Assembly: GCA_000320545.1 (NCBI GenBank)
Contig: ADNK01002325.1
Coordinates: 1 to 64,000, forward strand
From: Bigelowiella natans CCMP2755
Lineage: Eukaryota > Protista > Cercozoa
Length of the DNA: 64,000 nucleotides
Direction of reading: 5' to 3'
The notes below the pieces were generated by a model that did not search any database, had not been told where the DNA came from, and saw only the letters and a program-made list of their open reading frames with translations. Made by a program: the position numbers and the translations under genes. Position 1 is the stretch's first letter, and every line of letters begins with the position of its first letter. Below are positions 53,204 through 64,000 of this stretch, one piece after another.

Positions 53204-56200
53204 TCAAGTTCTCATGAACGAATCTTCACTATTCTTTTGATCTAAAATGGGTTTCGAAGGCTGATCCTCCTCCTTGTTTTTGGGTGTGTTTAAAGGGGTT
53301 CCATTCGTCTCGCATAAACTCTAAAATTAGAAATATCTGTATTTGAGTTTATGTCAAAAATTGTTGGATATCATACATTCTACAATTATCATCACCCTAT
53401 TTCTGAGGTTCATTAAGGGCGAAGGATGTAGTGGTGGCTTTTGGATCCGTTCTAGATTTTCGGAAGAATCGTAACAGAAAACCAAAATGATGCGTGATAT
53501 CAGTTCTAATTTAATGGCTGCCACGCTTAAGACACAAAAGCACACACACACACACATATCTAGGTAAATAGCGAAATAGTAGTAGTAATGTGGAAATCGA
53601 AGTCAAAGAGAATGTCTTGTCGATTTGTATGATTGCCGCAGATATATATCTAAAACGTAGCCACCCTGATGGCAACAATCTTAACACATACCCTTACTTG
53701 CATCACACTTAACCAGAGCTCTGACGGAGGAATGACGGATTGTCTCTGAACTGTATCCCTGCTTTGGGCCTAAATTTCCTGAATATCATGATCATGATGA
53801 CGAAATATGAGCATTCATCATTTATGGAAATATTATATGAAAACACAAAGATCAAGTTTTGTTAGATGCTTTTACCACTGTATCTCCGCTCTCTCTCTGT
53901 GGCAGAGGTTGATGAATTGCCTAGCATCGATATAAATATGGTATTCTTAGTAATGAGCTTACATCTTTATATTCCAGCACATATCTGCATTAGTTATCTG
54001 ACCATAATGTACAATGTCCATGCAATTGAAACATGTGTAGTGTATTTTCTTTCGTTACCGCTCCCCCGCCTCACTGCTCCAGAAGACATCTCAGAATCGC
54101 TTGACCGCCTAGACGAATTTGTCGTTCTTCGTGCCAAAGCATCGGGCGAGCTACAAATAAAAACATACAGCTGATAAACATAATTATGGAAAAAGAGAAG
54201 GTAGAGCCAACAATAAATGCATCAGCTGTTACGCACTACTGCCGTATTTACTTGATCAACACCAAACTGCCCGCCCATCGGGTATCAAGTCGTATAGAAA
54301 TGTATGTTTTTGTTGGTTGTACTTGTTCTGTTCTCTACGTTATATTTGCTCTACTTACATTACCCTTTGGATGCTACCAGTACATTTGAAATCCTCGTCG
54401 TTGCATTCGTGAGGTTCGATGGCGTTCGCGACATAGGGTGTGGTTCTGCAGCTGTATAGTAGTTGCGCTGATTTTCACGCAGATAGATCTCCTGTCTGAT
54501 ACCTGACAGGAATGAGGAAGAGAGTCAAACATAGATTCGGATATGCATATTTGAGATTAAATTATAGTAATAAAAAATACGACTCAAATGTACATTATTC
54601 AAATTTCATTTATTGTTGGTCAGTAATGATAACATTATACTACTCCTTCCTTCTACCCCTCTCTCTACTGTCGTAGTAGTACTTTCTCGTGCTGCGATGT
54701 TCATGGTGCGTAGATCATCTACTTTTCTGTTGCCTTGAATAATTTAGATTATTGACCATCAATACTATGATATCCAATATGGATTTCGCCGCCATACTAC
54801 TAATACTGCAACTACAACTTGTGGCAATGCTAATCGTGTGTGTACCTGTGACAAACGACTATATACATATAGAATGTGATGACTGTAAAAGATAATGGCA
54901 GTAATATTCGAATGGTGAAATCTCAATTCTCTTGTCTCACATGCTTTTTTTTTCATCCCTTGAAACCGAATTAAACACCACCAGAATACTGTAAAATTCA
55001 AGAAATATATCAGATTTAATGCAAAATGAGGGGTAGAATGAATATGGTTTTTACTTAGTGCAAACGAGATTCCACAAAAGAAAACAAGGATAGCCCCCAC
55101 AATTAAAAACGTTGTGTCTTGTAAGATTTTCTTTGTATCCGCATCATCCTTCGCAGGGTATAATAAGGCTGGGCTGAAAGTCGGAGCATAGGAACTGTCG
55201 AGATACCCAACAAGAAGAAACATAATATGGTGATGTTGTACATGAAGAGGAATCAGATCTTAGATAATGCAAAGTAATCCTTCACCACCTCGGAGGCGGT
55301 GTGGGTGTGGAACCCTGCTCGTTGCCTGGATTGTCTTGAGTTGGCGCTATCGTCGGTGATTTCGTCGCAGCAGAAACTTCTTCCCAATGAGGTCCTGTAT
55401 GTGTTTGAGCATTTGGATTTCTCATTGATGCTATCATTTTATAAGCACAAGATTTCAAGCAGAAACATTTATTTGTTGTAAGAATCTTCATTGTAATTTT
55501 GTTGAAGGGACAAAAGACACTTTAAAATTGATGATACACCGTATGCTACTTTTGCTGCGTGTGTGTCAGTTGAGATTCGATAGGATAGCACCTTGATACG
55601 TACAATCCAGGCAGATATCATCACTTAGCCACCATCTTGGGGTCATGACAACCATACTTTGATGATGTGCGTTACGGTAGTTTTGTGCTAACGAGGAGCA
55701 ATTGAGGCACTTTCCACCATCAACTACCCACGGAAAAGAGGCACTTCCTGTCCCTGCAGTTCCCCCCCCTGTTGCTGTCTCTTTATATGGTAACCAAACT
55801 TGAGTAGGTTTTATTAAGTAGCAGGACGAGTAGAAGATCGGATCAGAAGGGTCAGTAGAAAGGACAAATCTGAGAAAACACAAAAAGGAGAGTAAAAGCG
55901 GTATTCGTTGTCATAGAGTAGGGGGGGGAAATAGCATTATAATTAATTAATTAATTAATTACTGTGGAGCTCCATTATTTTCACGTTGTTCCTGCGCTTC
56001 TAGTTCCACACCATAACATATCTTTTCAAAAATTCAAAAACAACAACATAATAATAATACTCATATTTATTATTTTGCAGGCTAGGATCAAGATACTCTT
56101 TATACAGGTGAAAGGTATTGAATGTGCCAAACCATGGAAGATGATTTAGGAGGTTCTTTTCGAAAGACATCAACACCACTTAAAGCAAGGATTCTATTTT

Positions 56201-56873
56201 GGCCTTAATTTTAATATTACCATCAAAACAAATCGATATAGTCATGAATCTATCGATGAGTTTAAAACATGCATAAATGTTAAAAGGAAAATATCAATGT
56301 CATCTATCTCTATCATCGGTTTCTCCTTTAAAATTCTCATCATCATCATCATCATCATTATCATCCTCTCACAACTACTGTTACTACTACTGTTACTACT
56401 ACTTACTACTCTCCGTACTACCCAGAAGCTGTATCCGAACAAATCTAGCCTTGACACCACCACAATTTACATTCAAAGTGCACAACGAATCCTATGGAAA
56501 TAAGAAGCAACAAATAACCTCGAAATTACAATAAGAGACTTGTGTTATCATCAATAAGAATATCGAAACCATACCACGAAATTACTACACTTGATACTAA
56601 TTCTACTACTACTTCTACTACTACTACACTACTATTACAGTCTACCATACTAACGAATACACATTCATCCCGTTGCAGACTCGCTGAATCAGACCTTAAA
56701 CAGATAATCTTCGCAATACGATATCTTACTAATTTCCCCACAAATATGCCTGATGACATGAGAATTTTTATGGGCAGGATATGAAGTTGAGGGGTGGGGG
56801 GGGGGGGGGGGGCAGAAGGAAGATAGAAGAGTAGTAGTAAGTGGTAGTAGTTGAGTAGTAGAAAATAGTTGTC

Positions 56874-56906
<33 letters not shown>

Positions 56907-59610
56907 ATACCGATTATGGTCGTCATATCGATTCGTAGCGTTAGAGAGGTATATCAGCACTCCTGTGTCAGGATGAGAAGTGTTCAATGCTCCGGCAAAA
57001 GATACCTTGGAATCCCACGTGCTTCTCGGTGATACCTGCATAATGAGAACGACAATAAAAATACAAACCTAACCATATATACCAGGAGAAACGATTTGTA
57101 TTACTTGTGGTGCACCCCCACCCTGGCGATTAGTAACGTAAAGAAAAGGGTCATGGCCTGCAGATACACCCCTGATGAGGCTCATGCAGATGTTATTCCC
57201 TCCACCCTGAAAGAACCAACTCATAGCACACGTGTACGTAGAATGCAATCCTGGGTAATTATCAGTAGATTTAGGCTGGATCCCTGGAAGATGTACACTG
57301 ACAACTCCTATTTCTTCTAAACTTCGATCATCGCCTCCTCCTAGATCACGTTCCCAGAATGCTGCTATATTTGAGGAGGCATGTGATTTGGAGGTAGTAT
57401 TATCGGCCCTCGGTACCCATGCTTGTGGAAAGTGTGAAGTAAACCATTCGATAGAGATCCAGTGAATATCGGGACATGCGCGGTACACGTAGTGTCTGTT
57501 TGCTCCATTTGTGTAATCTAGATATCTGGATGATTGTTCTGTGGGCTTTAGTGTGAGTTTTCCGTCAATTACATTGACGAAGAAAGTAATGCTTTTATCT
57601 TGGTCCTCCTCTAATAGGAACTTGGAGTTTTCAGCAACACAACCATCGTATCCAATCCCCCCTTCACCGACATATACTGTGACTTTATACACTCCTGTAG
57701 GCACCTCAATGCTCCATTCATTGACGGTGCCGTCTGTACATGTTGTATTCCACGCATTTCTCTCTACTTTCCCAGTTCTATAATCTCCAATGTATCTTCC
57801 TACCTGCTGAGAAACCAAGCCGTCGCTGCTAACACCCATGCCCATCGGACATTTCCAACCGAATCTAGACGAATAGTTTCCATGATGATACTCATGACTG
57901 TCTTGACCAAAAAGTGACCCGATATCTGGCGTCCAAGGTGCTGTCAAATTGATGTACACTGGGGAGCCTTTAAAGGCAGGTGCTATTGGTTGGAAAGAGA
58001 TGAAGTGGGAGATATCGTTCTTCTCATTGATAGTAGTAGTAGTAGTAGTAGTAGTAGTAGCAGGGGGGGGCTTCCGCTCATAGTACCTCCAATCAAGATG
58101 TTCCTCTAAATGAGATCCAAATTCGCAAATACGAAACTGATGGTTCTTCCCGGTAAATGGTGTATTATCAGACGATGATATCAATGCTGAGTCATAAGAT
58201 GCCGAGTCCCTCCTCCTCCTCCATGCAATTGCATTGCAGTTCTTAGTGTTTGCACAAAGGACTGTTGCTTCCTTGAAGCTGCTACCATTAATGTCATTCC
58301 CTCTGGAGCAAAGTCTCATTTCCAGAATGACTGTCTTGTTCAGCCATTCCTCCCAGTTATCAATCGAAGTTGCCTCTTTACATCCTTCGCTACTGACCTT
58401 CATTAGGTTTGCATTATTGGCCATATGGATGTAGTCTGTAGGATAGGTATCTTTCCATGAGTTTGGATTCGTTAAATCCCATGGCCCATTGCTTATGTTC
58501 AAGTATATTGCAGGGTTAGTGAGGTCATTACGTACAGGGACGGCATTCACGCCAAAGTCTCCCGAAAAGGTCGGAGACCGTGCTGCTGAAGCCCAAGCCG
58601 TCCTTACATCGAGTACACAAGAACTAACATCTTTGGATGCATCGTGCATAGCCCCGACCAGTCGTTTTGGTTTTGTAAATCTGCAGTGGTTGATGATCTG
58701 AACAGAGTTATTTAAGAACTTCTTGCCATATATTTCATTCTCAGGGACTTGAAAAGGGAAGCCCAGTACATCAATAGCATCTGCATACCCCTCCCAGAAC
58801 CAGTGAACAACGAATTGATTTTCGTGCGTATGATGATGAGTGGGAATGGGGATGCAGAAGACATCGTGGTCGCCATGATTGCTCTCCAAAATTTCAAATC
58901 GCAATGCCCCGATGATCCAAGGATACACATTAGATCGATGGAATATGAACTTATCAGTAGATATAGCTTCCTCTTTGTACTTATATAAAATCCTACTTGG
59001 GTAGTCAGGGTGTTCACAGTAATCCGCATCGAATGTCGAAACTGGGCCTACGAAATTTGCACCGCCGCTACACCTGCTCTCCTCGGCACAATGGTGTAGA
59101 CGTGGGTATCGATATGCCATGTTTGCGCTTGCAGGAGCTTGGTCGATGTAATCATCTACCCAAACTGCGTATTTGAGAAGGTCATAGGTGTAATGTTCAT
59201 TTGATAAAGCAAAAATCACGAATCGATGATGTCCACTATGAGCAGAAGAGACCTATTGTGTGAAATGAAAGCTGAGTCATCATCATCATCATCACGTTGC
59301 ACAAGTCCGCTTCCTGAGCTCGACATACCAACACGAAATAATACCTTTATTGCTGTTTTCTGCCCAGGTCCAAGTTGTGAATGAATAACCCCAGGCATAT
59401 GTGGAATGAACGGTTTGGTGCCAGATGCAGCAAGCTGGGATCGTGATGGAGATAAGATCCAGTTGTGGCTGCTTGTACACGGCGCCAGAGGGAGGAGGAT
59501 GCAGAAAACTGATATGATAATAACTAAAATAATGAGGGCGTCCCCAGGCCGGGGACGAGAATATTGTAGAAGGAAAAGTATGATTAATGAAGCCACTTTT
59601 TCTATCGAGG

Positions 59611-59652
<42 letters not shown>

Positions 59653-59712
59653 ACTACCTCCAAAGAAGGACATGGATAGCTGAGAATACTTACAAACACT
59701 CGAACCTAGCAT
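53204..59712 (-). CDS. Large type-I membrane protein with an N-terminal His-brace LPMO-like domain and carbohydrate-binding-like modules
   Basis: A hydrophobic leader ..LIILVIIISVFCILLPLAPCTSS is followed by HNWILSPSRS. Then GQKTAIK|VSSAHSGHHRFVIF and FVVHWFWEGYADAIDV. The 716-aa exon 57069-59219 also contains FGW..WSIEVPTGVYKVTVYVGE. An S/T/P stalk (SPTIAPT, YAPTFSPA) precedes the TM segment FLIVGAILVFFCGISFAL. Both ends are approximate. Confidence 0.7.
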
Positions 59713-60029
59713 TAACAAATATCAACTACCCGCAAGTTATAGTGAAGCAATAAATCTTGTAAATGTTCTCACTCGTTCCACACCTTCACTCAGCCTGAAC
59801 AATATCGCACTGTGCGCTAAAGAATAAGCTTCGACTCTGTCCCCCGGAGCGCTCCGAATTCTATTTTAGTATCTGGATAATCCTACCTACTTCCCTCCTC
59901 CTCCTGCTCCTCCTCCCCCCCCTTTCTCCTCCTCTTCCTCCACATACGTGAATGATTAGAGTTTAGAGCAGCAGAATGTGGCAGTTTTCCTCTCCTCCTC
60001 CCTTCCTTCTTCCTTCTTTACTTTGATGC

Positions 60030-61220
60030 TGCTCCTACTACCATCCTCTACCTCCCGTGCGATACAAATCAGCGACAGACTTTCGAATATGTCTCATTCC
60101 AAAAAAGGCTTCGCTTTTTGGATCAAACTGTGTTTGTAGGAGATTCTTGGGGCTGGACTCCGGGATCCGTTTCAAGGTGAGAGTGCTGGATGGAAAACGA
60201 GGGAAATGTTCTCAAATTATACTGTGCGACATGCATAGGTTCATGTCGTAATCTGAGTATCGCAACACACGCTGTTCAGTAACGCAATGGCGTATCTACC
60301 TTTTTAGAGGGCAGCGTCCAGGGTTCATAAGTACCTGTCTCTTCCTTAACAATTGCATTGCTGCCTATTCGAACCCCGTGGGGGGTTTCCCTTCTTCCCA
60401 TATGCCTTCTGCTGCTACAAATGGTACCGTTATAGCTAGTATTTCTTTAAATAATATCAAACAGGACGTATAATTTATTTCATCCAAACTCGTAGTACCT
60501 CAGAATCTATCCTGTTTCTCAGACAGTCAAAGCACATCCATCCGACCCAAAAGTGATGTAAGTATAAGGGTTAGGGTTAGTGAACGTCTCAAATAGCTTA
60601 TATTTGATTGTGGATTTCAAGATGAGAGCAGTGTGTGTGTGTGTGTATGTGTGTTGTGGTAATGCCATGCATTCGTTTATATGATAATATTATTGTCCTT
60701 TTTAGTAAATACCGGGAAGCTTTGAAGGAATTCAATGAAAAATGGGAAACGAAGAGATTTAAAGTAAGTGAAATACACGTATGCACAAGTTAGTACTTTT
60801 CTCTCCTCCCTTTCTCTCTCTCTCTCTGTCTCTCTCTCTCTCACACACACACAGACGCACACACACATTGGTGTAGACGTATAGAGAAGTATGCAAATGA
60901 TCACTGATCTCATCATCATAATAAAACCCCTTTGCTCTCACCTGTACCTATCTCTCTATACAAATTTGTACTATTTCTAGAGATTCTACAGGCAGCAGCT
61001 TCGAAAAGAAATATTTCCCAGAAAGAAGAAACGAAGAAATCCTGTCATACATCCACACAGATGCATCACCTTTCTCCTTGTATCCACATTTTTTTAGGGG
61101 GGAAATGAACAATCGATGCACTAATAAGAACTATCACCACAAAGAGATCACTAAATCATAGCATATATACAGAGCAGAGCATAGAGACACGCCTAGATTT
61201 ATAAATATATTACATTATAG

Positions 61221-61295
<75 letters not shown>

Positions 61296-62188
61296 CGTGA
61301 TGGTAGAAGCAGCAAGTTTCCGAGTCTAGCTTTGCAATGGGCAATGCAAGCAATCCAAGTAATAATAGTGCAAGTTAACAATTGGTACATATGATATGTG
61401 TAAGGTTCTCATCCACATGCAAATAGTATTATATGCACAAAATTTTTGGGGTATGGGGGTAAGGTAGTGTCAGGGGGCATTTTGGTAGCAAAATATGGAG
61501 ATCTGAATATTTTGAAGACCCAGGTGATTCATTGAATTCAAGTTCATTCCGTAGAAAAAGAAAAGAGGGAGAGAGGGGGGGGGGGGGGGGGGTAAAAAGA
61601 AGGCAAACAAAAATTTACAGCAGCACAGAGATGATCTACAAATTCACATTTACTACAGAAACAGATATATTTTTATTTGATGTTTTTGATGTAGCAACAG
61701 GGATTGGCTAAAGTACTCGTTGTAAGTACCGGGAAGACATTCGACTGGTTGATGGTAATCTTAACGATACGAATCATATTTCAGTTGCAAAGTTACAACA
61801 CAAACACGCGCGATGTATACACAGATCTTCTCCCGCCCTACTATTCTGTGCCCTTCCTTTCTGATTCTCTCGCGTGCATGTTAATCGACATATGTTCTTG
61901 CTCGAGCGCATACATGTATCCACACGTGAATCTAATTTTCTGGTGTTTAACTAGAATTCATTGGACGATGAGCGCGTCATCAGAAGGGTTTTACACTATC
62001 TTTCTTCGAAGAAATATGCACAAGGGAAGGTACAAGACTATTGCGCGTAGTAATAAGCTAGCCTTGCTTGATTGTTATAGTGAGATGCATATTTGGTGTG
62101 TGCATAAGAATGAATGGATACAATATTTGCAACTATTTTCAGGCATGATGAGGATGAGCTCGATGTCAAGATGTATACTATCAACTAG
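60030..62188 (+). CDS. Hypothetical multi-exon protein
   Basis: Splice-bounded open exons: KYREALKEFNEKWETKRFK (60706-60763), DSTGSSFEKKYFPERRNEEILSYIHTDASPFS, NSLDDERVIRRVLHYLSSKKYAQGKVQDYCA|HDEDELDVKMYTIN*. The start is unresolved. Confidence 0.45.
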
Positions 62189-62279
62189 CCCTAAAATGCC
62201 TTCGTGGAACATTGCAGAGCTATATGTGTACGGAGCTGTCCGTGTATGTGATGCTGATTTGGCTGATGTGGCTATATCT

Positions 62280-63110
62280 TAATATAGTCCGTCGTGGCTT
62301 GTAGAGCAAGCACTAGTTATTGTTTGTGTGAGAGCCTAGCGCATCGTATGGCATCACTGACGTGTAACGAAAAAATATAATGCACACCACTGTTTTCATG
62401 ACTGCATCTGATCATCTGTTGTGTGATATCTATCTGTCGCGATCGATCGCTTCGAGCGCGTACTACACACTACTTATATACTAGATTACGTTGTCGCGCC
62501 ACTACATACACAGACATACAAGCGAGCTAGCGAGGCCCAACGTACACAACCTCGTCGACATGGTAGCGCACGTGTTTAGATTTGTAGCTCTGCAATGATA
62601 ATCAATGCTAGTCGAGATTCAGGTTGGGTTTTGGCAGCTGTGCTAGCATGACTTGATAAGGCGAGCTAGATTGCCCAGCTGCTAGCATGTCGCACATTTT
62701 GCATGTAGGTTGCGAAACACTGAAAACTAGTGCAATGCGCTTGCACCTTGCATCGCGTGCATTTTTTCTTGCGCACTAGCAATGCACACATTGTGCACAC
62801 TACAATATCACAATATGATAGTCCACCAAGCATTGTGAACCGCATCAGCATGAAGCAGGCGCAATCGTGCTAGCGTGCCATCCTGGTTCGCAACATGATC
62901 TAGATGATGCTCATCAGTCATGTTCAGTAGTTCAATCCACCTGCACTCTAGCACTAGCTAGGCAGTGCTAGAGTGCTAGAGTGCGGAATCGTCACTACTG
63001 GGGTCTAGCTAGCTAGGAGTTATGAAAGCTTGAGGTTTGTCACATATGCCTCTGGCATAGCTTGCCTGAAAATGTCAAGGTCGCTGATGCGATTTACACG
63101 CGCAAGCGGT
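62280..63110. other. Palindrome-rich convergent-gap island (I7)
   Basis: cgcgatcgatcgc, gctagcatg, ctctagcactagctaggcagtgctagagtgctag, gtctagctagctagg. Confidence 0.8.
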
Positions 63111-63560
63111 ATAACAGCGTATTTTACCTTAAATTAGGTGGAAGATTTCGAAATGTGTTACGTATTCGCAGCTGATATACCAGAGTGTTAGCGGGACGCT
63201 ACGATTGGTGCCGTATAAATGGCGTGCAGGCTAGGCAAAAAGGAAATATGGATATCCATACACGGTTAAGTTTTGCGTTTGCTACAACAAGCGCTGAGAA
63301 AGATTCAATTGTTGAACATGCGCGGAAGATTATTAAGGCACGTACTGTTTACAATACAGGTAGCGAACAGTATAATTTCCCTCTAAATCTTTGGCCATCT
63401 TATTTTCGTTTTGTTTTCTTGGATCTCCCAATTTATGTGGTTCTCTTTTCCTTTTTACTCTTCTTTTTAGCCGTTTTTTCTCCTTTCTTTTTTGCCCTTC
63501 ATATAATGTGCATCCAATCGTCAGGGCAAGAAGGACCCTTTGCATACTTTTTTGCTGTTT

Positions 63561-64000
63561 CTACTCCCCTCCCTTGCCCTTTACGTTTTTCTTCTTTTTT
63601 CCTGACCGCGCTCTCTTTTTTTTTCCTTTAGCTGAGCTGCTGCTCCTAGTTCCTTGACCTGATGTTAGGTGACAATGTTTTTTAAAAATGTCCACCGCTC
63701 TCAGTGTTAAAAAAATAAATGAAACTAAGATCCGATTGATAATAATGTATGTGAAAGTGAAGATGAAAGATGGTGTCCAAATCATAAAATGCTAGATGCA
63801 TTTCGAATTTCAACACGTCAAGTCAAGAAAATTCAATCGTGTGCTCGTAGGGTCAAATTTTGTGTTCGGAAGACATGATTTTCTGTGCTTTTGTGTACAT
63901 ACAGTATTTGGCCTCCAAAGCAGCAAGAAAACCACGGCCTTCAGCTTCCCTTCGAGCGTGTTTACTTCGTATCATCTCTAGTAGGCCTCCCTCTCCCTAA
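63561..64000 (-). CDS. DNAJC9: 3' end of a DNAJC9-like J-domain co-chaperone gene (partial)
   Basis: Spliced ..GEGGLLEMIRSKHARREAEGRGFLAALEAKY-T|GT-QGTRSSSSAKGKKKRARSGKKKKNVKGKGGE*. This matches the DNAJC9 C-terminal pattern L..I..R...FL..LEAKYC plus a Lys-rich tail. The J domain is outside the window. Confidence 0.6.

Noticed and set aside
60567-60580. Interstitial telomere-like motifs (also 14672-14682, 17211-17222, 44238-44246)
   Set aside because: Only about 2 units each. They are compatible with chance or with the CTAAC branch-point word and are too short to call fusion scars.
61704-62282. 192-aa single-exon ORF
   Set aside because: It starts at a non-ATG codon and reads through apparent introns. 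Splice-bounded exons in other frames give a more protein-like product.

Overview
The window is the end of a eukaryotic (protist-like) nuclear chromosome. A (CCCTAA)n/TTAGGG telomere at ~37-250 is followed by about 15 gene models, most of them very intron-rich, with short GT/GC-AG introns, micro-exons and microsatellite-filled introns. The style suggests a chlorarachniophyte/rhizarian nuclear genome, but this is unverified. Recognisable products are a Tudor + SUMO-like protein, a giant coiled-coil protein, a frameshifted triple-repeat ORF, a MAPEG protein, a JmjC dioxygenase, a Sec23/Sec24-family protein, an intronless Sar1 GTPase, a small AT-hook+IQ protein, an IQ protein, an SH3b-like repeat protein, two coiled-coil proteins, a large type-I membrane protein with an N-terminal His-brace LPMO-like domain, a hypothetical gene and the 3' end of a DNAJC9-like gene. 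The main signal is architectural. All 15 genes alternate strand (-,+,-,+...), forming head-to-head pairs with short spacers. Every tail-to-tail gap, and the gap between the telomere and the first gene, holds a 0.5-0.9 kb island packed with short palindromes (CTAG, GCTAGC, CATG, TGCA, ACGT). These islands look like the mutational footprint of cytosine methylation at convergent gene ends. Gene models were spliced by eye, so exact ends are approximate.
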